Assembly: GCA_022813965.1 (NCBI GenBank)
Contig: JALDZS010000067.1
Coordinates: 62,001-115,853 of the forward strand
Direction of reading: 5' to 3'
DNA: 53,853 nt
DNA from: Toensbergia leucococca
Taxonomy: Eukaryota
Below are positions 17,658-31,008 of the stretch, piece by piece. Within the stretch, counting starts at the first letter, position 1. Every line of letters begins with the position of its first letter. Both the position numbers and the translations under genes were made by a program. Below the pieces are notes generated by a model. That model made no database searches. It was not told the origin of the DNA and saw only the letters and a list, made by a program, of their open reading frames with translations.

Positions 17658-20600
17658 ATGCCTATTGAATGGACTTTCGGAGGTCCGAGAAAGGATCAAA
17701 CGTCCAACGAAAAAGACAACATCAAGCACGGCAAACATTTCCCATTAGTCGCAAAGCCGGATCTCTTGACCAAGAGATATACCAAAGACGAATACCGCGA
17801 TTCCATTTCTAAATCTGAAGAGCTAGAAAACTTTCGCCTCATCTCAGCCGACCAGTCAAGCTTGGGTCTATGGGAGCAAGCGTGGGAGCATGTGAGGGAC
17901 GAGGAAAAGGACTGGAAGCTTTGGCCTCAATTTCAGGGCGTCCAAGACTTGAAGACAAGGGATGTAGTAAAAGAGGTACACTGCTTCGCTCAAAATCGTC
18001 GTGACGAGGCAGAGAAGAACCAAGCACACGTCCTCGGCACCAATCTTACCTACCGCAGGATGTGCAGTAAAGTTGCCAAGTGTGCCAAAAAGTTTCAAGT
18101 TGTAGGAAATATAGTAGCGCAGGCGGAACCCATCTACGCTGCTCTTCCTTGGGTGACCATGTCCATTCTTGAGCCTCCTTTCCCTTGGGCTGACACTGAG
18201 CAAATTAGACTTTTGTTAGTTTTGTCATTGAGGTACATCTGTTTGATCATCAAAATCCCGAAAGAAAGACTGGACTGAAAATTTCTAGTGTGCCGTCGGC
18301 GAGTCCGACACGTGGGATAGCATGCTTGAAGGGACCGAAGTAGTGGCGACTCATATCTCCAAGTACCCAGTCATCGAGCAACTTTATGCAAAGATTAACT
18401 CTAAATTGTCAAATGGACTTCGAGATTCACTTTTGAACTTCTATATGCTCATACTCAAGTTTCAGGTACACGCGATCAAATATTTTGACCCAGATCATAA
18501 AGGTTCTCGCACTGTTCACGGGTTGAATCCTGTCACAGCCGACAAGATTAAAAAGGAACTACAGACAATCCAAGAAGTCAAGGAGCTAGTTGATAAAGAC
18601 ATTGTTCTCGTGGATGCCGAGGTTACCAAGCTTGGAATCGAAAATCTCAAGGAAGGGCAGGAGGGTCAGCAAGAGCAACTCAAAGCCATAAAGGATGGAA
18701 TCAAGGCTTTGTCACAGGATCTGGGCGGAGACTTCTCAGAAGCCGAACGCCATCAACAGGAACGCCACAAGGTACTAATTGAGATGTGGAAAGGTCCTCT
18801 TGATGAATTGAAGAAGAACGCCGAGAACGAGAGAATTGAGACGGAGAAAGCTTATCTGTCTAGAGTAAGGACGTGGCTCTCTGTCGTTAATCCATGGGAC
18901 AATCACGAAAGAGCCAAAGATCAGCGCCGGATGGCACTGGGCAAGTGGCTAGCGGATGATCCGGAGTTCAAGACTTGGCAACGCTCGGAAATGTCATCCA
19001 TGCTTTGGCTGCACGGTTTTGCCGGCACGGGAAAGACTGGCGTTGTTTGTCGTGTTATCGAAGATTTGCGTAAAAAGTTGAAGGACCAAGAGACAGGCCA
19101 AGAGTCTTCTCGCCTTGCAATCTTCTACTGCTCCAATGATAAAGCTAAAACTGGTCGTGAGGAGACATTCTCCAGGGCTGACCCCGAAGAAGCTCTCAGA
19201 AGCATCGTGAGCCAGCTCTCTACAACGAAGGAAGGTCGAGATGTGGCACCGATTGTCGGAGAGAAGTACGAGGCTTTTGGACCCGGTAGTGATAATCACA
19301 GGACACTAGATTATTCCGATTGCGTTGAGATTCTTAGTGAGATCTCAAAGGCAATGCCCATCACTATTGTTCTCGATGCTTTGGACGAGTGCGATCAAGA
19401 CCAAAGCCCCACCTTGATCAAGCATCTTAAGGAGGTCTTTCACCAGTCTCCGGATCACGTAAAAGTCTTCATCTCAACTCGCTCTTTTCCGGCCATCGAA
19501 AAAGATTTGAAGGCAGGTCCATCAATTGGAGTAACTACAGAGCGTAATGGGCATGACGTCCGTGAATTCATCGAGACAACACTCGAGGATCGTATCAAAG
19601 ATAAGACGCTCCTGAACGGATTCGTGGAAGCCGATTTAATGGAAAAAATCAAGGACACTCTTACCAACCGCGCCGGTAACATGTTCCTCTACGCCAGCTT
19701 ACTTCTAAACCAATTGTGCGACAAAAATCACACCAACGACGCAGAGAGCATTAGGAAGAAGCTTGATGAGCTCCCGAAAAACCTGGGAGAGATGTACAAA
19801 CGTTGCATGGCAGAGATCCATGATGATAAGAATAATTCTCAACGCAGCTGCCGCCTTGCACAGGACACATTCAAGTGGCTGCTACGGGCGCAAAGGCCAC
19901 TGGAATATCGGTCCTTTCTCGAAGCAATATCTCCGCTTGAACGCAAGGCTGATGTAGAGGAGGTCCTGCATGCCTGTCGCACTTTGGTCGTCAAAGAAGA
20001 AGACATGATTAAATTTGCGCATTACTCGGTTCGTGAGCATATCATGCAAATGGAAGAATATAGCCCCAGTCAGTGCAACATTGTTGCCACACGAAGCTGT
20101 CTTGGGATCCTGAATACTTTCTTTGGGGCAGACGAAACGGCAAGGCTTCGGCTTTCAGGGCCTCAGAAGTCGTTCAAAGATTACGCTCTACTTTATTGGC
20201 CACTCCATTACGAAGGCATTGCCCAAAGTGATATCGCCGAACACCGTGCTGCCATCAACGCCATGCTACGATCTTTCCTTCTCAAAGGCCGCGGCGACAG
20301 ACACAAATATGAGGAATGGTTCCGCGACGCGCAAATAATGGCCGAGCCATTGAAAGATAACAAGTACCTGGCTTCGAAACTCAATGCTCTCCGAGCACAC
20401 CCGCCAACTCCACTTTTCGCAGCCTGCGTTTTCGGGCTCGAGGATCTCATTGCTAGATTTGGTCGTGAGTTGAACGCGCTCAATAGATGCAATGAGCATG
20501 GCCAAAATGCGTTATGTCTCGCCATTGAAAACAACAAGCTGGATGTTGTGAAAGCACTCCTGTCGAGGAGATTTCCAGCAGATCTCAATTTGCTGAATGT

Positions 20601-23600
20601 GAAGGCTGTGCAGCAATTTGAAGACTGGAATCCCTCGGACCCACCGAAGATCATTCTGTATGCTTCTGCGTTGCAGTGCGCCGCTGCCACTGGTAAGCTG
20701 GAAACTGTGGAGTTCCTTATCGAGGAGGGTGCACATATTGATCTCGTTGCGGGATATTTTGGGAGTCCGTTGCAAGCTGCATGTCTGAGGGGGCATGAGG
20801 CCATTGTGGAATTGTTGTTGAGGCAAGGAGCGGAGCCGAATAGTCAAGGTGGATTCCATGGTAAGTACCATGCCAAGTGATGTCTCTACTGTCAATTTGT
20901 TATTACAAGGCAACTCTGATTCGTCACTTACCATCTCACAAAACATTTCTGACAATTTCTCAAATCGCCCTAGAAGGGTATGCTGATCCAAGAACATACT
21001 ATAGGAAATGCTCTTCAAGCGGCTGCAGCAGGAAGCCACAGCGACATCATCAATCTTTTGCTCGAGAACAAGCCCCCCGCTCTTGTCGGCACACCAGGGG
21101 GCCACTATGGCTTCGCACTTATGGCGGCTGTCTGCTCTGGTAGCAGTGATACCGTCTTTGCACTCTTGCAGGAAGAAGCCGACCCAAATGTGAGAGACAA
21201 AGTCCACGGGACCCCTCTAGAAAAGGCTGTGAGTATGGGTCAAGCAAGCAAGGATGTCGTCGAGGTCCTAGTAGAGTACAAAGCTGAAGCAGATCTATCT
21301 CCAAAGGGCAACGGGGTACATATTCTTCATCGAGCCGCGATGTTTGGTATGAACGATCTGGTAAGTTATTGCCTTGACAAGAAATGCCAGATCGATATGA
21401 TCACCACCGAAGGACCGGACTATAATCCAAAGGTTCGATTCAATTGGTTCCCACGTGAGATGACGCCGCTAGCCTATGCTTGCGCTGAAGGTCACTTAGC
21501 CGTGGTGAAGACCTTGTTGGAGCGCGGAGCTCCCTTTGAAGAAGAGAAACCACACTCTGCGCCGCTTTGGGCTGCGGCATATCAAGGCCATGCCGATGTC
21601 GTTGACCTACTAATCAAAAGGTTTAAAGACAAGCATAACAAAGAAGACACCATCTCATTCATGGACCACCTCCCGGATCCTGACGCTGGTCGTCATTTCG
21701 TCTTGTTTGCTGCTGCTTCGTCTGGCAACGCTGATGTGGTCAAAGTACTCCTTGATCACGGTGCCCCATACCGAAGCAACTGGTTCGGGTCGACCCCGCT
21801 GGTTGCCACCGCCACCTTCGGATGTATAGCTGTCACCAAACTCCTGCTCGACTATCACAAAAATGAAAGGGTGGACGTTTGCCTTGATCAACGGAACCGC
21901 ATTGGAAGAACGGCGTTGTTCGAGGCATGTGTTAATGGTCACCTTGATATTGCATCGCAATTGCTCGATGTGGGAGCAAGCCTATTCATTCCCAACAATG
22001 AAAATGGGACTACCCTTCATGAGCTCTGTCATAAAGAAAACCACAAAATCGTCGAGAAGCTAGTAAACAAGGCTTCAGAGAACGCGGACCGTAAACAATT
22101 CCTCAATTTCCTCGACACACGCCATCGTCCTACCGGTAATACAGCTCTGATGGACTGCGCCGCAAGAAATAGATTTTCTTCTCTTAGTCTGCTTTTAAGT
22201 TGTGGAGCAGATCCCTTGATTCGCAACAATGAGAATGCAACTGCTTTGCACCGGGCTTGTCGTCATGACAATTTTGGCCTCGTTGAACGCTTGGTAGATG
22301 AGGCACTAGAGAAGACCAATGTTGCTGACCAAGCAGGCTTCCTGAAGTTCATCGACCAACAGCCATCCTCTGGCAAAACGGCTTTGATAGAATGCGCCGA
22401 AAATAATCGTTTACAAGCACTCGGTCTACTACTAAAAAACGGGGCAGACTATACTCTCCATGGCCATCACGGAAACACCCCGCTGCTTTGGGCAAGCGGA
22501 AAAGGACACTACGACGTGGTCGCTGCCCTTGTGAAGCACGCCAAGCTTGAGGACAGAGAGTCATGCCCCTTCAAGGACTTCATCAATCACAAGAACAAAG
22601 ACGGCAGGACTGCGTTGTTCGATGCCGCTGGGAAAAATTACCGGGGCATCGTGAACCTACTTCTGGATGAAGGCGTAGACTGGTCAATCGCTGAGAATTC
22701 GGGTTCCACCGCTCTGCATGCTGCTAGCTGGGCAGGTAACACGGAAGTGGTATCGGTTTTGTTGGCGAAAGCATACGAAACTGCCAACGACAAGGACTTT
22801 AAGAAATTTCTTGAAAGCTACAATAGTCAAGGCAAGACTGCGCTTCTAGATGCAGCCGAGACAGGTCGAACAGAGATCGCCAAACGATTGATGGAGAATT
22901 ATGACGCCGACTACTTCGCTATGAACACCAATCAATGTTCCGCTCTGAATTTGTCGTGCTGGGGAGGTCATACAGAAGTGGCAGCATTTTTGTTGAAAAT
23001 TGCATCGACAAAATCATCCAGGGAGCGATTCATGGATTTTCTGGACAACCGCAACAAGTGGGGCAAGACCGCAATTGCGGATGCTGCCGAACGGGGTCAA
23101 TTACACATCATTGAAATGCTCCTGGAGAATCAGTACGGTGCTGACTATCGACTTGCCGATAACGAAGGTGTCACCCCTCTGCACTACTCGAGCTGGAACG
23201 GGCACAAAGAAGTAGTATCTTTCTTGTTGAAAACAGCATTCGAGGAACTAACGCCAGAGCACTTCAGAGCGTTCTTAGACTCTCGCAACAAGTGGGGTAA
23301 AACTGTACTCATGGACGCAGCGGAGAAAAACAGAGCAGATATCATCGACCTCCTCCTGAATTATGAGGCCGACTATTCCATCTGCGACAACGCCGATTTC
23401 ACGGCCCTTCATTACTGCGCTTTCCGAAACCATATGGCCGCAGTACGTGTGCTCCTCGAAAAGACGTCCCAAGACAAAACAGACGATGGGAAGAAATTCA
23501 AACGTTTCCTCAATCAGCAAAGCAGCAACAACCGGGCCACAGCTCTTCGTGACGCGGCTATTCAGAAACACACGGACGTGGCAAAATACTTGCTGCAATA

Positions 23601-23850
23601 TGGCCCGGCTTATGATGTGACTGATAGAGGAAAACGTACGGCGCTGCATCATGCTGTTGGTAGGTGGGATGTAGATTTTGCAATTGCGCTGTTGGACTAT
23701 GCGGCAAAGGATACGGATAGGGAGAGATTTCGCCGCTTTGTCAACGCAAAGGAGGAGAATGGCGATACGGCGTGGGCGGGGGCCAATAGGAGGGGGTTTC
23801 AGACATTAGTGGACAGGTTGAGGCGGACTGGGGTTGTGGAGGGTGCTTAG
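17658..23850 (+). CDS. Fungal NLR-like STAND protein: N-terminal helical (NACHT_N-like) domain, NACHT NTPase, ankyrin repeats; ~1978 aa
   Basis: Exons 17658-18152, 18209-18232 (24-nt micro-exon), 18289-20860 and 21005-23850 total 5937 nt in frame. AALPW motif, Walker A GFAGTGKT, Walker B IVLDALDEC, GNMFLYASL, and many TPLH/TAL ankyrin repeats. Confidence 0.9.
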
Positions 23851-24240
23851 AAGATATTTGCCATGTGAGGAAACATGGCATTACGAATTACGCTGCGTGA
23901 GACATTTTTGAATACGCCCACGCCCCTAATGGAACAAGGGGGGGAAACGGGGGCGTAGAAGGGAGAAAAGCAACAAAAGCACACGATATTCTAAGGATTT
24001 TTCCGGCATATGGATGAGGATTTTTTTTTTCTCCTTGCGAGGGAATTTGATCGAGTTGTGTAGAGTACCTTTGAGAGCTATCGACCACCCCCCCCGGCCC
24101 CCCGGGGCCCCGGGGCCCCCCAACATCCACTTCCGCAGCCCTAAAGAGACAGATATCGATATTGCTTTTGCCATCGACTCCTTCTCTTGCACCGTTATTA
24201 TCATACCCATAGAGCATCTCTGTTTTGCAACTATATTATA

Positions 24241-25010
24241 AATTCAAAACTGCAATCTGAAAGGGTCTGAATCATGTTGTCTTTTTGCTTCTATTTGTTT
24301 GTGTCACTCTCTTTTTTAGGCTTTGTTTTTTGTCTTTTCTTATCTTTTGTTCTTGGGGGGGGGTTTTTGTTTTTTTTGTTTTTTTGAGGGGAGGGAAGGG
24401 AAGGGGGAGGGGGAAGGGGAAGGAGTTTGTGTTGTTGGTTTTTTGGGAGGGGGTTTGATTGTGATTGTGAATTTGAATGTGTGTTTTTTTGAGAGTTTGA
24501 GATTTGAGAGATGAGAGGTGAGGCAGTGAGAACTGAGATAGTAAGAGATGATTTTGACTGAGAAAGGGAACGATGGGTATTTTTTGAGAAAGAAGAGAGA
24601 AAGGGAAAGAATGAAGGGGTTTGTGTGATTGAGCTTGAGTTTTTTGAGGAAGAATGAAAGAAAGGGAGAAAGGGAGAAAGAGAGAAAGGGAGAAAGAGAG
24701 AGAGAGTTTGAAGCAAGATCTGCGTTGCTCATTTAAATAAAACATGTCTTTTTTTTTTCTGAATGAGTTATACATGATGTAAATGACATAGTAGAGTAAA
24801 ACTAACTGTTTTAATCAGACATGATTTTCAACTGACTGTTTGTAAAGAACTAAGCTGTTATTTTGTTTGAGAATTTGAGATGGTGAGGTTGTAAATCTTG
24901 AATGTCAGATTCTACAGCATCTGTTTTCTTCTGTTTATCTGATTATGTGACTCGTGTTTATTCCTTTGTTGAAGTTTTTCTTTTTTTTTGAGGGGGAGGG
25001 GGGAGGTTTA
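24241..25010. repeat. Degenerate low-complexity, CpG-depleted tract; possible decayed repeat or transposon relic
   Basis: Strong T/G and purine strand bias, homopolymer runs, only ~3 CpG in ~750 nt by eye, and no credible protein. Confidence 0.45.
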
Positions 25011-25326
25011 TGGATTACAGGTGTCTTGCAAAGAGTTTCAATTCCGATTTCGCCAAAGTTGAATCGCTGCGCTTGATGCTTGAATGATTATATTATATAC
25101 TCGATGCAAAGACAGTAAATCATTCTTCAAGAAGAGAAGCATATGAGATTTCAACCTGCTATACTCTGGACTCATTGGGTTGTACTCGGAGAACAAGCTA
25201 TTTGGATACATGGACAAGTGTCACTAGAAGTCTCTGCTGTACACACCGAATCAATCATCAAAGCGTCCATCCAATAGTCTTTTTCGATAGCATCAAGTCT
25301 TGCGCGTTCTGTACATAATCGCCAGT

Positions 25327-26981
25327 TCATAAAAGCTCGGTAATAGGAATCCCCTGCACGAAATCCTCCACGGGTAACACTCCATCCTTCTGCATCTTCT
25401 GCGCCACCTTGTCCGCATCTGCCCAGACTCTCAGTACATTTCTGCCAACCACCTTTGCTGCATCCTCGTCACTCAATCCCATTTTCAACAGCTCGGCGAT
25501 GAGATCGGGAAATTTGCTCACGTCCTCCAGTCCTTTGGGAGTATCGAAGATGCCGTCGAAGTCACTGCCGATACCAACGTGATCGTAGCCAATCTTGTCG
25601 CCAATGTAGGTGATATGCCTTGCTACCTGGTGTAGGGTCGCGTTTGGTGGGTATAGGTCTGGTAAACCAGTGCTTGACTTGGAAGGCACACATGAAATGA
25701 AGTCGGGAGAGAAGTTCACCATGACGATTGAGTTTGTTTTCTTGACTAGCTCAAGCACATCATCTGGCACATTTCTTGGATGAGGGCATAATGCGTACGC
25801 CGAGCTATGGCTGAATATGACCGGAGCGGCACTACCGTCCGTTTTGTCGGGCCGACCACCAAGGACATCCACCATGGTCTCCTTACTTACGTGAGCAATA
25901 TCGACTAGCATGCCGATCCGATTCATTTCTTTGATAGCAAGTACCCCGCGATCAGATAGGCCACCCCACAGTGGAGGAGCTTTAATGGTGGTACCTGAGC
26001 AATTCGTGATCAACGCGGCATCAGCGAATTTGTTGTGGCAATTATGTGTCAACGTGGCGTAGCGAACGCCTAGAGAGTAATAAAGTCTCAAATTGGAGTA
26101 CGCATTACCAATCTGATGGAGTCCTTCAATAGCAAGAGGAGAGATGAGTTGTTGATGCTCTTCAAAGGCGGCAATAGCATTGCTACTGTTGATGTGTATC
26201 GAAGAGAATACACTGGTATATGATGTTGTCAGACGACGAAGAACATCCAATTGAGATAGCGTTGTGCTAACGACTATGGCGGTCTTGATTAGTATCGCAG
26301 CTCTAGGTATTTTGGTCGTGCACATGTGAGACGGATCGATTTCACCAAGAAACAGAACTTACCTTCAGCGTAATTTCCATCCGTAAAGTCATCCACTATT
26401 TCAGGGCAACCCACATAGGCAGACCAGAAAGCACCTCCAACTTTGCCCGACTTCAGGCGAGGGAGATCAACATGAAATCTGAGGCCTCCATCTTCGAAAG
26501 GACGAGTGAATTCATCATCATATATTTTGTTATGGTAAAGATAGCGAATCAGAATAGCAAGGTCATTATGTCCATCTGATACCTATGTCAGGATTTATAT
26601 TCTTGCATCAGCATCCTGCAGATGTAAAGAAAGCTGAGCACCTATTAATGGATTCTTTGATAGTATCTTATCGACCCTTTCTGCAATGTTAACGGAGTCA
26701 TTCTTGGAGCTGTCCCAGGGTGAAGTCAGGCCTCCGGGGATAAAAGCAGAGATGAAGAGAGCAAGGCCAACAACGATTGTGAACATGGCAATGATGATAC
26801 GCAACGATGATCTTGGGGTAGCACTTGGAGTCAGCGTTTCGTAACTACTCTCGTCCTCGACCTCGACAAAGGTGTGGTCTTGGTATCCGTTGTCTTGCGA
26901 TTTGGAAGGCTTGGAATAGCCATAGCCAGTGATTTCTGGAGCTGGCCTGTTCCGTGGGAGTAAAGGATCATTCTCTGCCAT
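25327..26981 (-). CDS. Membrane dipeptidase (peptidase M19 family) with type II TM anchor
   Basis: Exons approx. 26981-26642, 26575-26363 and 26275-25327. Motifs LIDGHNDL (across an intron), HVDLPRL, GGAFWS, IEGLHQIG, TLTHNCHN, FSHSS, PRNVPD and GIGSDFDG. Confidence 0.92.
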
Positions 26982-27486
26982 GTTGGCTGCTCATTTATAT
27001 ATTCTACCAGTGCTGTTGTGATAGTCTCCACTTCCGCTTCATGGATGACGGCGAGATGGAAGATGGAGAATGGTGGTTGGTAGCTTGTCCACGGTCTAAT
27101 CGGCCTCCGCAAAATGCGGGAGGATCACCATGTGGCCACCGTACAAGGCCATTAAACTGTGGGACCGAGGAGCGTGGGCCACGAGATGTTTGCGCGCAAA
27201 CGGGGGGAACTTCCTCAACGACTTGATCACTTCACAACATCTTACTGCTTAACGAGACACAATTATACCAGCTAGTGGTCCCTATACTCTGTAAATCCTC
27301 CACACTGCTTTCCTATCACTTCACAGTCAAGGCCCGCAGCGATTTGATCTTGAATCATTGGCAGCCTTTGCTAAACTTCAACCTCCTGCACCAAAACTTG
27401 AGCCTGCCTATCTTAGGGATCCGTTAGCTCGGAGACAATCAAGGGCAAAAGTACAAACGTACAATCAACTAGAGTAAAGAGGCAAG

Positions 27487-30397
27487 ATGCCGGGCTTTGC
27501 AGATTCTTTCTGGTCCGGCGACTATGCCGGCGGTCTGGGTGTGCTCTTTGGAAAGCTTCAGCAAGGCGTTGTAGAGAACCAACAGATTCTCACCATAGCA
27601 AAAATGCGAGCCGAAGCAGAGGACATGTATGGTCGCCGCCTTGGCGACATTGCCCCAACAACTGACAAGATGATTGGTGGATTTGCTAAAGACGATGGGG
27701 CAAGCGTCCGGAAAGTGAGTTGATAATCACTCTGCTCATTATCTAGAATGCCAAGGCTGATGTTTGGCAGGCTTATGAAGGGGTACGCAGTGAGATGGAA
27801 GAAGCTTCAAAAAATCACAAGAAGATCGCCTCCAACATAAGTGAATTGGTAGTCTTGCCATTCAGTCGCTGGTGCAACGCACATGAAGCCCGTGTACAAA
27901 ATTCACAGGATGACTTACAAGGCCGTGTCAAGGCACACGACAAGCAAGCCGAGGTTGTACGCAAGTTAAGGAGTCACTACTTCAACAAGTGCCGTCAAGT
28001 CGAAGACCTAGAAGAGGAAAATAAACTGGCCTTCCAAAGCCCTGAGAAAACCGAGAGCCCCAAACCAGCCATGACACCAACCATCAAATTCCCGGACAAC
28101 GAAGATCCTACAGAGGCTGAGCCCATTGAAATTGGAGATGAGACCTACGACCCCGAACAAGTAAAGAAAATACTAACGCACATGTTGAATATAATCAAGC
28201 GCGGCGAGCTTAAGGTGGCTATCCTAGGAACATACCAGAACGTGTCTACGGGATCCGACATCGTAGACTACATGCAAAAGCATATGGGTGCGTCAAGTGT
28301 CAGTTACGCTGAAAGAATAGGCCAGGACATGGTATCGCATGGCTTCCTAAGATTGGTTGGCAATGTTGGAAATGTTTTCGCCAATAGCTCCAAGATGAAT
28401 TATCAATGGCGGCCGAAAGTCTTCCAAATTACCGGCATCCCGGAGAAAAAGAAGCCCTTGGATCGAATGTCATCGATGGCCTCGCCTGCAGGTAGTCTTG
28501 ATTCACCAGGAGTTGGGTCTATGGGAGAAATCCTCTCAGGATGGAATCCTCTGAATAATCCATACCCAAATGAGACTCCTCCCGAGAAACTCCACAGAGA
28601 GTCAGCAGAAGCAGACGAGAAATACAAACAAGGAGTTCGTAGACTAGATCTTTTGCGCTGCAACCTCGAAGAAGCCATGATCGACCATCTTAAATTTATG
28701 GAGCGATGTGAATTGGATCGACTGAAGGCCATCAAAGCTGTCATCTTGGACTTCTCGGGGTCTATCAGCAATGTCATCCCAAGTCTACAGAGCACTGTGG
28801 ACAATATGATGCTCTACCAGGAGACTGTTCAACCGCTCGGGGATTTGAGATATCTGCTCGAGAATTACCGTACAGGGGCTTTTGTACCTCACGTACAAGT
28901 CTACGACAATTACTACAACACGGTTGATGGTAAATATTTACTCAGGTCTCTTGAGACATGTTCCTTGATACATCACGACTGACTGAGTCGGCAGAGCAAA
29001 CGTTCGGCGTAGATCTAGAGGCAAGAGCCCGAACTGATCGCAAGCGTGTTCCCATAGTTGTAACAACTATTCTTACTTTTCTGGACAATCGTGAGTGGAA
29101 CCATAGCCAACCACGTCTCAGTCAGTCAGCAGTAGCTGATCAAAATCTATAGACTACCCCGATCTTGAGGGCGATGAGGCTCGTCGTAGCATCTGGCTTG
29201 TGGACGTACCTCTAGCAGCAACACATCACCTCCGTAATTCTATCAACAACGGCAAAGCCATTCCTCGTGAAATCCTAGAAAGATATGAAATACCTATTGT
29301 TGCAAGTGTTTTGAAATTATATTTCCTCGAATTACCAGGTATCTACGATTCATTTACCGGCAAGAAAACCCCTACTCACTAAAGTCTTAGATTCCCTCGT
29401 CTCCTCCCAAGTCTACGAAATTATCAAAACAGTTTATTCCACCCCTGACTCGTCCACCTCCCCCGAAACCCGCATCTCAGTCCTCCAAAACACCCTTGGC
29501 CAGCTTCGCCTCGCCAATATCGCCACCCTTGACGCAATAACCACCCACTTTACCCGCCTCATTGAGCTCACCTCCGCAGACGAAGCCTTCGTTGCCTCCC
29601 TCGCTCAAAACCTCGCCCCCTGCATCCTCCGCCCCCGCACAGACACCTCACTAACAATGCACGAACGCCATAGCTATCGTCTCATTCGCGACCTCTTCGA
29701 CCACAAAGAAGCTATCTTTGGCGAGCTCAAGCGCGCTAGCACCCTCGCCCACTCCCTTAGCACCAGTAACGGCCCATCCCGCCTCCGTGCAATCAGCACC
29801 GACGAAAGTAATCGCCGCGCAAACATGGAAGCTCGCAATCGCGCCATCGCTTCCAATACCGCCCGTGCGAGCAGTCCTGCCCCACCCGCTGTAGGACCCA
29901 CCGTGAATGGTCGTAGTCATCGCCGGGACAGGTCTACCGGTGCAGCAGAAACCAGATTTCCGATCCATATGTCGAGCCCCCCAATGGGCGCAGTTGACGG
30001 CCACCGAAGAGGCGGCGTACGAGCCAGTCTCGAAGTCCCTGGCTCTCAGGACGACTCCCCCAGCACGGACAAATTTCAACCTCCCTCAAACACGACGACC
30101 ACCACTACAGCCTTCGACACTCCCCCCCTAACCAAACAAGTCCTAGAAGACCCACCCCGAAGCAACGGCCCCTCCACGGCTACTGAACCCATCTCTACCT
30201 TCGACCCCGCTGACGCGGAGGGTATCGAAAAGAGAGACTCGCTGGGGAGGAGGTATCAGCCACGGAAGATGACCGGAGGCGGTTTGTCGAGAAGGGGCGA
30301 GAGGAGGGAGAGTGCTGGGAGTTTGACAGGGAGCTTAAGGGGCGAGGAGGAGAGGGCTATGGGGGTACAATTGAGTGATCGGCCGATGGATGATTGA
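27487..30397 (+). CDS. Rho GTPase-activating protein with F-BAR, DEP and RhoGAP domains (Rgd2/Rga8-like)
   Basis: Exons approx. 27487-27714, 27771-28929, 28995-29090, 29152-29338 and 29391-30397. FCH start FADSFWSGDYAGGLGVL, DEP-like AERIGQDMVSHGFLR, and RhoGAP FGVDLE..VP / VLKLYFLELPDSL. Confidence 0.87.
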
Positions 30398-30668
30398 GGT
30401 GGTTTGGTTGAGACAGGGGAGGGGAACGGTTCGTCTATTTTTAGTTTTCTTTCTTCTTTTGCTATTTTTATAGCAGGCGGTATGTTGCTTGCATGGCTTT
30501 CGGCTTGTCCTTGGCTGCGGTTGCTGCTTGCTGAGCTGTACATTGATGGATGCAACGGATGGACTGTGGGCTCCTGCTTCTCTCTCCTCTCCTCTTGGCT
30601 GGAGATTGACGGGAAAGAGAGACTTGTTATTGCAGACACATGGCACAGAGGGAGCTTTGTACCAGCTA

Positions 30669-30689
30669 TAGAGAGAGAGAGAGAGAGAG
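30669..30689 (+). repeat. (GA)n microsatellite
   Basis: About 10 GA units in the convergent RhoGAP/cdc6 intergenic region. Confidence 0.8.
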
Positions 30690-31008
30690 CTTGTGTGTAT
30701 TCTAGCTAATGCCGCCAACGACATTTCTTGGGCGGCGATATAATTTACACGGGTCATATGTTATTGTACGGAAATGAAGGATCGATATCAGCTAGGTAAT
30801 CATTCTAGCAATACAAACAACGAACGTCAAAAAAATAATCTCAATAGGACTAGGCTCAAAGTCGTACGCTAGCAAACTGAAATACAACGGAATCCAAATC
30901 CCACTGCTTCCATACCCAACCAATTCCTAAAGAAATTCCAAAAAGACACCTCAAGCATCACCTACCCAACCCCATCTCTCAATGAGCCCCCTCCCTCCCC
31001 CACCATCA

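Noticed and set aside
23888..24775. Overlapping 60-167 aa ORFs downstream of the NLR
   Set aside because: They are low-complexity products of homopolymer and purine tracts with no recognisable domain.
16900..25200. Starship or intact transposon carrying the NLR
   Set aside because: No tyrosine recombinase, transposase, reverse transcriptase, terminal repeats or target-site duplication could be seen.
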